A stretch of 64,000 bases of DNA from a bacterium. GTDB lineage: Bacteria; Patescibacteriota; Minisyncoccia; Phycocordibacterales; Phycocordibacteraceae. The notes below the pieces were generated by a model, which worked only from the letters and a program-made list of their open reading frames with translations, had not been told where the DNA came from and searched no databases. Each line of letters begins with the position of its first letter. Position 1 is the stretch's first letter. The position numbers and the translations under genes are program-made. Positions 36,341 to 45,101 of the stretch are shown piece after piece. The stretch spans positions 65,266 through 129,265 of the forward strand of contig JAHFML010000002.1 of assembly GCA_023269085.1 (NCBI GenBank), in the 5' to 3' direction.

Positions 36341-37148
36341 CGATCGCCTCGCCGAACGGCGACGTCACGGGCGCCAACGTGCGCTCGTCGCGCTTGGTAT
36401 CCTACTCGGCATCTTGGCAGTGGCGGTGGTGTACGGTCTCTGGCAGAAGCCGGTGCGCATCTCGCACGTGACGATCTATGGCGCCGACCCCGTGCCTGCC
36501 GGCAGGCAGGAATCGCTCGCATCAGTCGCAAGCGCGGCGATGCAGGGCGCGTATCTCGGCATCATTCCGCGCGACTCGACCTTCTTCTATCCCGCGAGTG
36601 CCATCCGTGCCGACATACTCGCCACGGACTCTGATATCGCGGCAGTGTCACTCTTCCGCGAGGGGTTCACGGGCCTCTCAGTCAAGGTGAGCGGCCGGGT
36701 GCCGATTGCGCGATGGTGCGGCAGGATATTTGCGACTTCAACTCCCGTAGAAGAGTCGAATTGTTATTTCTTCGATGCGAACAGCCTCTTGTACGCGACT
36801 TCGAGTGACGCAGTGCCGGTGAATTCTTTTGCCGTGTACACACCCATCGCGACCGCGACGCAGCCGCTCGGTGCGACACTTCCGCACAACGACGCACTCC
36901 CCGCGGCCTTTGACTTCGCCCGGCAACTCACGGCACTTGGCTCGCCCGTCAAGCAAATCATCTTTCGTGATACCGAGGTTGACGACTATCTTGCGAGCGG
37001 CACGCGCGTCACCTATCTCCTTGGAGATGAACGAGATACGTATACGGCGCTCGTCTCGGCACGCGCGAGCCTCAATCTCGTCGATGGCTCGCTCGACTAT
37101 GTCGACCTGCGCTTCAGCGGCAAGGTGTATTTGAAAAAGAAAGAGTGA
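36309..37148 (+). CDS. ftsQ: FtsQ/DivIB-like cell division protein (TM + POTRA-like domain)
   Basis: Arg-rich N-terminus, TM LVALGILLGILAVAVVYGL, then VRISHVTIYGADPV POTRA-like start; overlaps serS 3' end so true start may be downstream. Confidence 0.45.
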   Translation: MSGRTFSARSSDRLAERRRHGRQRALVALGILLGILAVAVVYGLWQKPVRISHVTIYGADPVPAGRQESLASVASAAMQGAYLGIIPRDSTFFYPASAIRADILATDSDIAAVSLFREGFTGLSVKVSGRVPIARWCGRIFATSTPVEESNCYFFDANSLLYATSSDAVPVNSFAVYTPIATATQPLGATLPHNDALPAAFDFARQLTALGSPVKQIIFRDTEVDDYLASGTRVTYLLGDERDTYTALVSARASLNLVDGSLDYVDLRFSGKVYLKKKE

Positions 37149-37160
37149 TAGGGTGAACGC

Positions 37161-38186
37161 ATGTCATTCTGGCAGAAACTCCCGAAACCTTTTTTCGTCA
37201 TGGCGCCGATGGCAGATGTCACCGATGCCGCCTTCCGCGCGCTTATCGCGAGCCGCGCTGCGCCCGACGTTTTCTGGACCGAGTTCGTCTCGGCCGACGG
37301 GCTCTATCACACCCGCGAGATCGCACGGATGCCGGACAATGAGAACCCACTCATGCGCGACCTTTTGAAGAGCAGTGCGGAGCGGCCGATAGTCGCGCAG
37401 ATATTTTCAAACAAGCCGGAGATGATCGCGTATGCGACGCGCGTGGTTGCTGACCTTGGCTTCGACGGCGTCGATCTCAACATGGGCTGCCCTGATAGAG
37501 CGATAGAGCGGCAGGGGAGCGGTGCCGCGATGCTGAAGTCGCCGGAGGTAGCCCGCGCGGTAATCCGCGCGGCGAAGGGTGCGAGTAGCTTGCCCGTCAC
37601 GGTCAAGACGCGTGTCGGGTATAATCGCGAATCGCTCGATGAGTGGCTGCCCGTCTTGCTCGAAGAAGCGCCGGCCGCTATCACGCTGCACCTGCGCACA
37701 CGCAAAGAGTTGTCGCTCGTACCCGCGCAGTGGGAGCTCATGAAGAGGGCGGTCGCTCTTCGCGATAGCCTCAATCCTGACGTACTCCTTATCGGTAACG
37801 GCGATGTGACGAGTGTTGAGCAGGGTAAGCGGCTTGTCGATGAGACCGGTTGCGATGGCGTCATGATCGGCCGCGGCATGTTCGGCAATCCGTGGGTCTT
37901 TGAGGGATTGACGCGCACACCAAGGTCGGACCTTCGGTCCGAATTCTCAAGGTCCGACCTTGGTGTGCGCGAACATGGGCTCTCCGAAAAGCTCGAAGCT
38001 TTAGTTGAGCTCGCGCATAACTTCGAGAAGCTCTTGCCGCCCAAAAATTTCTCCATACTCAAGAAGCACATCAAAGCCTTTGCCACGGGCTTCGACGGCG
38101 CTGCCGATCTCCGCGCGCGCCTTATGCTCGCCGACTCTGCTACTGAGCTCGAAGGGATTGTTGCAGAATACGTAGATGGAGCGTAA
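37161..38186 (+). CDS. tRNA-dihydrouridine synthase (DusB-like) with an in-frame REP-A doublet insertion
   Basis: FFVMAPMADVTDAAFR, LNMGCP, TIM-barrel FMN motifs; insertion encodes ...LTRTPRSDLRSEFSRSDLGVRE... Confidence 0.85.
   Translation: MSFWQKLPKPFFVMAPMADVTDAAFRALIASRAAPDVFWTEFVSADGLYHTREIARMPDNENPLMRDLLKSSAERPIVAQIFSNKPEMIAYATRVVADLGFDGVDLNMGCPDRAIERQGSGAAMLKSPEVARAVIRAAKGASSLPVTVKTRVGYNRESLDEWLPVLLEEAPAAITLHLRTRKELSLVPAQWELMKRAVALRDSLNPDVLLIGNGDVTSVEQGKRLVDETGCDGVMIGRGMFGNPWVFEGLTRTPRSDLRSEFSRSDLGVREHGLSEKLEALVELAHNFEKLLPPKNFSILKKHIKAFATGFDGAADLRARLMLADSATELEGIVAEYVDGA
37918..37965. repeat. REP family A doublet inside dus gene: 48-nt hairpin CACCAAGGTCGGACCTT-cggtccgaattctc-AAGGTCCGACCTTGGTG
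   Basis: Seen directly; loop contains GAATTC as in the uvrB copy. Confidence 0.9.
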
Positions 38187-38207
38187 GCTCGGCGCAGGTA
38201 GTTCTTA

Positions 38208-38495
38208 ATGGAGGCGATCATGGGAGAATTCTTTTTTGTTCCCAAAATGCAATTCGAGCCGCTTGATGGAGTTTTTGTCGACAAACAAAACAAGATAGTC
38301 AAGAGATGTGAGCAAATGCTGGTTGCACTTGAGACGCAAGTGATGTGGCTCCAAAGATGTCTCGACGAAGACTGCGAGCATATCGTTGTCGATGAAGAAG
38401 ACATGCCGCAGTATCGCATGTTGCTTCGGCAAATCGAGGAGGTCAAGAAGGAGCTGTATGCCGCGCGGATGATGAAGCGCCGCGTGAGTAGCTAG
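38208..38495 (+). CDS. Hypothetical small acidic protein (low-GC)
   Basis: ORF only, 95 aa, lower GC than surroundings. Confidence 0.35.
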   Translation: MEAIMGEFFFVPKMQFEPLDGVFVDKQNKIVKRCEQMLVALETQVMWLQRCLDEDCEHIVVDEEDMPQYRMLLRQIEEVKKELYAARMMKRRVSS

Positions 38496-38544
38496 GCCGG
38501 TTGGTGATACCAACCGGCCGCTCTTTTGCTATACTCTACCTATC

Positions 38545-39576
38545 ATGGCTCACCAGTCGCTCTATCGCACGCATCGCCCAGCAACCTTTGCCGAGGTCGT
38601 GGGTCAAGAGCAGGTGACGCATCCGCTCGAGGAGGCGGTGAAGGCCGGGAAGATCGGCCACGCGTATCTCTTCGCCGGCAGTCGCGGTTTGGGCAAGACC
38701 AGCGTGGCGCGCATCTTCGCCGCCGCTATCGGCTGTGGCGAGCGCGATCTCTACGAGGTCGATGCCGCGAGCAACAACAGCGTCGAGGACATCCGTGCGC
38801 TCAGCGAGGGCGTCTACACTTTGCCTTTCGCGTCGCCGTATAAGGTCTACCTGCTCGATGAGGTGCACATGCTGAGCAAGGGCGCGTGGAATGCTTTTTT
38901 AAAAACGCTTGAGGAGCCGCCCGCGCATGCGGTCTTTATCCTCGCGACGACCGAGCTCGAGAAGGTTCCCGAGACCGTGCAGTCGCGCTGCCAGATTTTC
39001 GAATTCAAGAAGCCGACGCGCAAGGTGCTCGCCGAGATGACGGCGAAGGTCGCAAAGAAGGAGGGCTACACGCTCGAGAGCGACGCCGCCGAGCTCGTCG
39101 CGCTCTTGGCCGATGGCTCGTACCGCGATGCGCTCTCTATCTTGCAAAAGGTCGTTACGGGAACAGAAGAAAAAACCGTTTCGCGCCCGAGGGTCGAAGA
39201 GGTGACTGGCGCACCGCGGCAGAGCCAGGTGCAGGCGCTTGTCGCCGCGCTCGCCTCTGGCTCGCGCGCCACCGCACTTGTCGCTATCGAAGAAACCGCG
39301 CGCTCGGGCACCGACATGAAGCTCTACCTTGAGCTCGTGCTCTCGGCGTTGCGCTCAATACTGCTCATTCGCTATGCGCCCGACCTGCGCGCATCAATCA
39401 TGGCCGAGCTCGGTGCGGACGAATTCTCCGCCCTCGAAGAGATTGTAGGACTTACGAAGTCCCACATAACGCATGCGACACTTCTCGCCTTCCTCACCGC
39501 CGCCGATCGCATCCGCTATGCGCCCATCCCTGCGCTCCCGCTCGAGCTCGCGGTCTTGGAGCTCTTCCCCGAATGA
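38545..39576 (+). CDS. dnaX: DNA polymerase III subunit gamma/tau (short form)
   Basis: Walker A GSRGLGKTS, DEVHMLS, SKGAWNAFLKTLEEPP, sensor SRCQ; 343 aa. Confidence 0.85.
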   Translation: MAHQSLYRTHRPATFAEVVGQEQVTHPLEEAVKAGKIGHAYLFAGSRGLGKTSVARIFAAAIGCGERDLYEVDAASNNSVEDIRALSEGVYTLPFASPYKVYLLDEVHMLSKGAWNAFLKTLEEPPAHAVFILATTELEKVPETVQSRCQIFEFKKPTRKVLAEMTAKVAKKEGYTLESDAAELVALLADGSYRDALSILQKVVTGTEEKTVSRPRVEEVTGAPRQSQVQALVAALASGSRATALVAIEETARSGTDMKLYLELVLSALRSILLIRYAPDLRASIMAELGADEFSALEEIVGLTKSHITHATLLAFLTAADRIRYAPIPALPLELAVLELFPE

Positions 39577-40271
39577 ACGGCGACTCATTCCGTATCGCGC
39601 TCGCGGGAGTCGCGCTCGTCGTCGCGGCGGGCGGCGTGTATCTCAAATATGAAGACATGAAGCCCTGCGTGCATCCGCTGCCCTACGCTATCGGGGCGGT
39701 CGATGCGCGCTTTGACACGACCGCGGCGACAGTCGAGCGAGAAGCCCTCGCTGCCGCGACAATCTGGAACACGGCAGAGGGGAAGCCACTCCTCGCCTAT
39801 GACACTCACGCCGCGCTCAAGATCAATCTCATCTACGACGAACGCGAGGCGAGCGCCAAGCAGGGAGAAGACATCGCGCGCGCTCAAGCCGCGCTCGAGA
39901 GCGAGCGAGCGATGATAGAGGCAGAGCGCACAGCAGGCAATGTGTCCCCGAACACCTTCAACGCGCAGGTCGCGAGCTATAACGCGAGCATCGCCTCGCT
40001 GAACGCGCGCGTGAGCGACTACAACAAGAGCGCCGGTCACGACTTCAAAGAAGGCGAGTATATCCAAGACGCGTCGGGCAAGCGCATCAACGTCTACGAA
40101 TTCATCGGCACCAATCAGCTCGAACGCGTCCTCGCGCACGAGCTCGGTCACGCCCTCGGCCTCGATCACAACAGCGACCCCGCCTCGATCATGTACGCCG
40201 AGAACGAGAGCGGCAACCTCGTCCCCACTACTGCCGACCTCGCCGCGCTCCGCGCCCTCTGCGGGTCGTAA
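39573..40271 (+). CDS. Membrane-anchored zinc metalloprotease, matrixin (M10)-like
   Basis: HELGHALGLDHNSDPASIMY = HExxHxxGxxH + Met-turn; N-terminal TM; ATGA overlap with dnaX. Confidence 0.7.
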   Translation: MNGDSFRIALAGVALVVAAGGVYLKYEDMKPCVHPLPYAIGAVDARFDTTAATVEREALAAATIWNTAEGKPLLAYDTHAALKINLIYDEREASAKQGEDIARAQAALESERAMIEAERTAGNVSPNTFNAQVASYNASIASLNARVSDYNKSAGHDFKEGEYIQDASGKRINVYEFIGTNQLERVLAHELGHALGLDHNSDPASIMYAENESGNLVPTTADLAALRALCGS

Positions 40272-40339
40272 TCTGGAGATATCAACATACGAACAAATAG
40301 ATGTAGGCTATAGATTTCATGTCGTGCTAGTATAGTTTT

Positions 40340-41041
40340 GTGTTAGCTTTACCGAAAGAAAAAGCGCGTGCCGTACAGCTTCGCAAACAAGGTAAAACCT
40401 ATGGAGAAATTGCAAAGCAAATTCTGGTTTCTAAATCAACGCTTTCTCTTTGGTTGCGAGATGTTGAAGTGTCAGCAGAGTTTCTCTCTCGTATCCGACA
40501 AAAGAAATTAGATGCGGTCAAGAAGGGTTGGGAGGCGCGCAGGAAGGAGCGTATCGATCGAACGAAGCAGATTACTGATGCGGCACGAGAAGAAGTCTCG
40601 AAATTTTATAAACAGCCACTCTGGCTCGTTGGCGTAACTCTTTACTGGGCTGAAGGACATAAAGAAAAATCTTGGCGTCCGGGGGCACTCGTGACTTTCA
40701 CCAACATGGACGAAAATACGATAATTATCTTCAGAAATTGGTGTCGTAAATATATGGATGTCTCGGACGGTGATTTTGTTTACAGCCTCTATGTTCATGC
40801 TACTCACGAAATGCGGACGTTAGAAATAAAACAATGGTGGGCACGCAAACTCTCAATAAACCCTGATAGCATCGCCGTTTATTACAAGAAACATACAACA
40901 AAACACGTGCGTCATAATGACGACGATAACTATCATGGGGTTTGTCGTGTTCGTGTGAGGAAGAGTGTGGATATGAATCGGAGAATTGCTAGTTGGACAT
41001 CCGAAATGGTACGTTCACTGGAGGACAAAAATAAGCTATGA
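40340..41041 (+). CDS. Hypothetical HTH-domain protein (low-GC islet; possible homing-endonuclease-like)
   Basis: N-terminal HTH (TYGEIAKQILVSKSTLSLWLRD); ...LWLVGVTLYWAEGHK... faintly LAGLIDADG-like; clearly lower GC. Confidence 0.4.
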   Translation: MLALPKEKARAVQLRKQGKTYGEIAKQILVSKSTLSLWLRDVEVSAEFLSRIRQKKLDAVKKGWEARRKERIDRTKQITDAAREEVSKFYKQPLWLVGVTLYWAEGHKEKSWRPGALVTFTNMDENTIIIFRNWCRKYMDVSDGDFVYSLYVHATHEMRTLEIKQWWARKLSINPDSIAVYYKKHTTKHVRHNDDDNYHGVCRVRVRKSVDMNRRIASWTSEMVRSLEDKNKL

Positions 41042-41063
41042 TAGAGCCACTCGTGCTCACCGC

Positions 41064-41134
41064 TGGGGGATCGTCTAATGGTAGGACGACGGGTTTTGGT
41101 CCCGTTAATTTAGGTCCGAGTCCTAATCCCCCAG
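41064..41134 (+). tRNA. tRNA-Gln-like (anticodon TTG), atypical
   Basis: Manual fold: acceptor TGGGGGA/TCCCCCA with G73 (U1:A72/G73 as in E. coli tRNA-Gln), 3-bp D-stem, anticodon loop UUUUGGU, T-arm TTAGG-TCCGAGT-CCTAA; an alternative 8-9 bp acceptor register exists. Confidence 0.55.
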
Positions 41135-41260
41135 CAGTGTGCAGGAGACTCTAGGATCGTTCCCTAGCTCCCCAGCAAAGTCGTGCGAGGTTATCTCGCA
41201 CAAGACGCGTCAAATGGATGAGTTACTCAGAATATTGATATATGAGTTAGAATAAGCCCA

Positions 41261-42229
41261 ATGGAACAATTTTCTCATGCGCAAAAAGAATCTGGAATAA
41301 ACCGAGTTGTCGGATTCGATGCAGGACAGGAGAAAAAATTCTTACAGTATTTCAAAGATAAGTTTGAAACCAGATCTCCTGATTCAGGAGATAAAGAAAA
41401 AACATCCGAACAAGTGGCGCTGATTGACCGCACCAATAAGGAGATGCGAGATTTCTTGGCACGGTACAATATCAATGCCGTTGAGATCCCGGCGGATAAT
41501 GTTCATATACTCGATCGGTCGAAACTTACGCAAGAAGAACTTCGAGAGATTCAAAAAAGATTTGGCACTGAGAGTGGATTCTACTCAGCCTTTAAGCAAG
41601 GCGTCGCGATTATGAAAGATTACGATGTAAGCAAATTGTCGTTTCTGCAAACTCTTGTCCACGAGTCGCTCCATCTTCAGGGATTTTATTCGTATCAAAA
41701 GAGTTCTCGAGAGACTGCCGATTTTAGCGTGAAAAACGAAGATAACTCGGCAAGTTTGAACATCCGACGATCAGGATTCTCTATCGGCACAAAAGATGGT
41801 AAAAGACGGCTCTTCCATGAGATTAATGAATCTATTATCACGGAGCTACAAATTCGATTCGAGAACGCATACCTCGCGCAGTGGCCAGAGCTGAAAGAAG
41901 AATTAAAAGCTCGCGATGCCTGTATCGAACGAGTCGCAAAACGAGACAACGCACCAATAGAAGAAATACGGAAGGTTGTAGCGAGTTTCTCTGGATACGC
42001 ATGGGTAACCTATCCCTATAACGACGAGCGCCAGGAGTTTAATTCTCTGGTCGATGAGTTGTATACGAGAAACCAATCAGATTTTGAATCGCGAGAAGAT
42101 GTCTTTAATTTATTTGTTGAAGCAACAATGAATGGTCGTCTTCTCCCTGTCGCACGACTCATTGAGAAGACATTCGGTAAGGGAACATTTAGGACAATTG
42201 GTGTGAACAGTGCGAATAAGCACGACTAG
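41261..42229 (+). CDS. Hypothetical protein (low-GC islet; contains HESLH motif)
   Basis: ORF 322 aa; LVHESLHLQG could be an HExxH zinc site but no further support. Confidence 0.4.
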   Translation: MEQFSHAQKESGINRVVGFDAGQEKKFLQYFKDKFETRSPDSGDKEKTSEQVALIDRTNKEMRDFLARYNINAVEIPADNVHILDRSKLTQEELREIQKRFGTESGFYSAFKQGVAIMKDYDVSKLSFLQTLVHESLHLQGFYSYQKSSRETADFSVKNEDNSASLNIRRSGFSIGTKDGKRRLFHEINESIITELQIRFENAYLAQWPELKEELKARDACIERVAKRDNAPIEEIRKVVASFSGYAWVTYPYNDERQEFNSLVDELYTRNQSDFESREDVFNLFVEATMNGRLLPVARLIEKTFGKGTFRTIGVNSANKHD

Positions 42230-42327
42230 ACAATTCGATCGAACCTGAAGATAAGACCGTTTTCCACAGGTGGGAGGAAAAATGCGTACGGTACACTATG
42301 TTTATTGTTAGCTAGTAATTTTAACCT

Positions 42328-42963
42328 ATGACCAATAGTATTGACGCGCTCGAGTGGCGCTATGCGACGAAGGCGTATGATACGGAGAAGAAGCTCTCGG
42401 CAGAGCAGATTGACACGATGCTCGAGGCCGCGCGCCTTGCTCCTTCTTCGTATGGCCTCCAGCCGTGGAAGTTTATCGTCGTGAATAATCCGGAGATGCG
42501 CGCGAAGCTGCGCGAGGCTGGCTACGGACAGTCGCCCATCACGGATGCGTCGCACTTCATCGTCATCGCGGTACCTTCGGTCATCGACGATACGCTCATC
42601 GACGCGTATCTGCAGTCGGTCGCTCACACACGCGGCGTCTCGCTTGAGAGCCTCGCGGGCTATCGCGCGATGAACAAGGGCGCGCTCGAGAATAAGACAC
42701 CGGCAGAGCGCATCGAGTGGGCTGCGCGACAAGCGTATCTCGCGCTCGGCGTCCTGCTCACGACCGCCGCAGTCGAGAGGATCGACGCGACGCCGATGGA
42801 AGGCTTTGATCCGAAGAAGTTCGATGAGATTCTCGGCTTGGTCGCGCTCGGTCTCGAGTCGAAAGTCGCGCTCGCGCTCGGCTTCCGCTCGAGCGAGGAC
42901 GCGATGGCAGGCGCGATAAAAGTCCGCTTCCCGAAGAGCGAGGTCGTGGTAGAGGTAAACTAG
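42328..42963 (+). CDS. NAD(P)H nitroreductase family protein
   Basis: WRYATKAYD...LEAARLAPSSYGLQPWKFIVV nitroreductase signature. Confidence 0.85.
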   Translation: MTNSIDALEWRYATKAYDTEKKLSAEQIDTMLEAARLAPSSYGLQPWKFIVVNNPEMRAKLREAGYGQSPITDASHFIVIAVPSVIDDTLIDAYLQSVAHTRGVSLESLAGYRAMNKGALENKTPAERIEWAARQAYLALGVLLTTAAVERIDATPMEGFDPKKFDEILGLVALGLESKVALALGFRSSEDAMAGAIKVRFPKSEVVVEVN

Positions 42964-42966
42964 TCA

Positions 42967-43224
42967 GTGTACTTTGTCTATATTCTCGAGTGTGCCGACG
43001 GGTCGCTCTATACCGGCGTGACCACCGATGTCGCGCGTCGCTTTGCCGAGCACGCGGCGGGCACGGGCGCACGCTACACTCGCGCACACGGGGCAGAGCG
43101 CATCGTCTACACCGAAGCCTGCGCCGATCGCGGCGCGGCACAGAAGCGCGAAGCCGCGATCAAACGCCTCTCGCGAGGAGAGAAGCTCGAGCTGATGAGG
43201 TTAGACCGCACGCACGCACATTAA
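42967..43224 (+). CDS. GIY-YIG nuclease family protein (UPF0213-like); GTG start
   Basis: YFVYILECADGSLYTGVTTDVARRFAEH GIY-YIG core. Confidence 0.75.
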   Translation: MYFVYILECADGSLYTGVTTDVARRFAEHAAGTGARYTRAHGAERIVYTEACADRGAAQKREAAIKRLSRGEKLELMRLDRTHAH

Positions 43225-43328
43225 TAATTGTATCCACAACGCACACATTGCTTTTTCTTAGGTGTCAGCGTACAATAAAAACACATTCGGGATTTTCCCG
43301 CGGCCCCGCCAGCAATGGAGGGGAATAT

Positions 43329-43718
43329 TTATTTCAGATAGAGAGAATGGAAACCGTCCTTGACGCGAGAAAAATCAGTATCATCTAGCGTGCCGAGTTT
43401 TGAGGACAAACGACGATAATCAATCGCTCGCGCTTGATGTAAACAAGCGGCCATGTCGCGTTCGTGCTGTCGGAATTTCACATACCAACTGCCTTCTCGC
43501 ACTTGAGTTGTCGTCGGGATGACAAAATAGAAACCGTGCGACAGCTTTTTCAAAATGATAACAGGGCGAGAAAATAACTTACTTTTCCCATTGACCTCAG
43601 AGCCGACATTTTCACCGAGACTTGCCCACCAAATATCTCCTTGCGATACTAGTGGCGGCTTGTGCTCGATAGCATGCAATCGTCCTTTGAGCCCTATCCA
43701 CTCGAGGAATTTTTTCAT
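43329..43718 (-). CDS. PemK/MazF-family toxin-like protein (no adjacent antitoxin ORF seen)
   Basis: QGDIWWASLGENVGSEVNGKSKLFSRPVIIL resembles the MazF/PemK N-terminal core; 3' region AT-rich. Confidence 0.55.
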   Translation of the reverse strand: MKKFLEWIGLKGRLHAIEHKPPLVSQGDIWWASLGENVGSEVNGKSKLFSRPVIILKKLSHGFYFVIPTTTQVREGSWYVKFRQHERDMAACLHQARAIDYRRLSSKLGTLDDTDFSRVKDGFHSLYLK

Positions 43719-43820
43719 AGCGTATGTAGTGTAGCACCAACTATGCTTGCGATTCGCAAGAGCCTCGACAAGGTCGTCACCCGCGACAAAGATCGGTTTA
43801 CGAAAGCGTAGCTTCTAGAA

Positions 43821-45065
43821 CTATTTGATGCCACGCGCCGCGAGTGCAGTTGTGATGCGTTCAACGCCGAGCACGAAGGCCGCTTCGCGCAAAGAAGTTC
43901 GTTTCTCTTTTGCGGTAGTCCAGATGGCATGGAATGCGTTTGCCATGAGCGGGTGAAGTCGTTCGAAGACCTCTTCTTTTGTCCAGTAGAATTGTTGACG
44001 ATTTTGCACCCACTCGAAGTAAGAGGTTGCGACGCCGCCGGCGTTCGCGAGCACATCGGGGATGACGGTTATACCGCGCTCTTCAAAAATCGCGTCTCCT
44101 TCGGGGGAGGTTGGTCCGTTTGCGAGCTCGAGAATAATAGAAGCCTTAACCTTCGGCGCGGTCGTCGCGGTCAATTGATTGTCGAGTGCCGCGGGAATGA
44201 GAATGTCGCAATCAGCGGCGAGAAGCTCTTCGTTGGTCACGGTGCGGGCACCAGGTGAGGCGAGCGTGCCATGCTCCTGCTTTGAGCGATGTATCGCGAT
44301 CGGGTCGAGGCCGTTAGGGTCGAGGAGGGCGTTTTTACTGTCAGAGAGTCCGACGATGCGGTAGCCGAGTTCGTGGAGGATGCTTGCCGCATGGTAGCCC
44401 GCGTTCCCGAATCCTTGCACGACGACGCGGAGTTTCTCTCGATCAAGCCCGCGCATCGTTACGAGTTCTTCGAGGACGTACACGCCGCCCTGTGCAGTGG
44501 ATGTATCGCGCCCGAGGCTTCCGCCAAGCGCAATTGGTTTGCCGGTAATCATGCCAGGCTCGCTCTCGCCGACCATCTTTTCATGTTCGTCGAGCATATA
44601 GCCCATGATCTGCGGCGTCGTATAGACATCAGGTGCCGGAATATCTTTATTAATGCCGAAGGTGCCGTTCATTTCACGAATAAAGGTACGCGAAATGCGC
44701 TCAATTTCTGCCGTACTGTATTGTTTCGGGTCAAATTGGATACCGCCCTTGCCACCGCCGAAGGGTACATTGACGACTGCGCACTTGATAGCCATGGCGG
44801 CAGCGAGTGCCTTCACCTCGTCGAGATCAGCGCCAGGATGAAAACGAATGCCGCCTTTGTAAGGTCCGCGAGCATTATTGAATTGAACGCGATAAGCGCG
44901 GAGCGTCTCCTTACGCCCGTCGTCTCGCACGATGGATAATTCTTTTTCGATGACGGCATTTGGCGTCTCGAGCGCGGTGCGTTGCTCCGGCGTGAGGTCG
45001 AGCGACTCCGCAGTACGAGCGAGACGTTCCAGATAAAAAGCGAACGGTTTATTTTCTTGGTGCAT
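43821..45065 (-). CDS. gdhA: Glutamate dehydrogenase
   Basis: PFGGGKGG, Lys-containing catalytic region, Rossmann NAD(P) domain GFGNAG. Confidence 0.9.
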   Translation of the reverse strand: MHQENKPFAFYLERLARTAESLDLTPEQRTALETPNAVIEKELSIVRDDGRKETLRAYRVQFNNARGPYKGGIRFHPGADLDEVKALAAAMAIKCAVVNVPFGGGKGGIQFDPKQYSTAEIERISRTFIREMNGTFGINKDIPAPDVYTTPQIMGYMLDEHEKMVGESEPGMITGKPIALGGSLGRDTSTAQGGVYVLEELVTMRGLDREKLRVVVQGFGNAGYHAASILHELGYRIVGLSDSKNALLDPNGLDPIAIHRSKQEHGTLASPGARTVTNEELLAADCDILIPAALDNQLTATTAPKVKASIILELANGPTSPEGDAIFEERGITVIPDVLANAGGVATSYFEWVQNRQQFYWTKEEVFERLHPLMANAFHAIWTTAKEKRTSLREAAFVLGVERITTALAARGIK

Positions 45066-45101
45066 ATGTGAGTAGTATACGGCACAAGTTGCAAGCTTGT
45101 T

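Noticed and set aside
41062-41136. Alternative register of the tRNA-Gln-like gene with an 8-9 bp acceptor stem (GCTGGGGGA/TCCCCCAGC)
   Set aside because: Would leave only one nucleotide between acceptor and D-stem; the 71-nt register with U1:A72/G73 fits tRNA-Gln identity, but this needs tRNAscan confirmation.
42758-43141. Arg-rich ORFs on the minus strand over the nitroreductase/GIY-YIG genes
   Set aside because: Antisense high-GC artefacts overlapping motif-supported genes.
43715-44056. ORF 43715..44056 (-) as candidate antitoxin partner of the MazF-like gene
   Set aside because: It lies inside the glutamate dehydrogenase gene in another frame and is Ser/Arg-rich noise.
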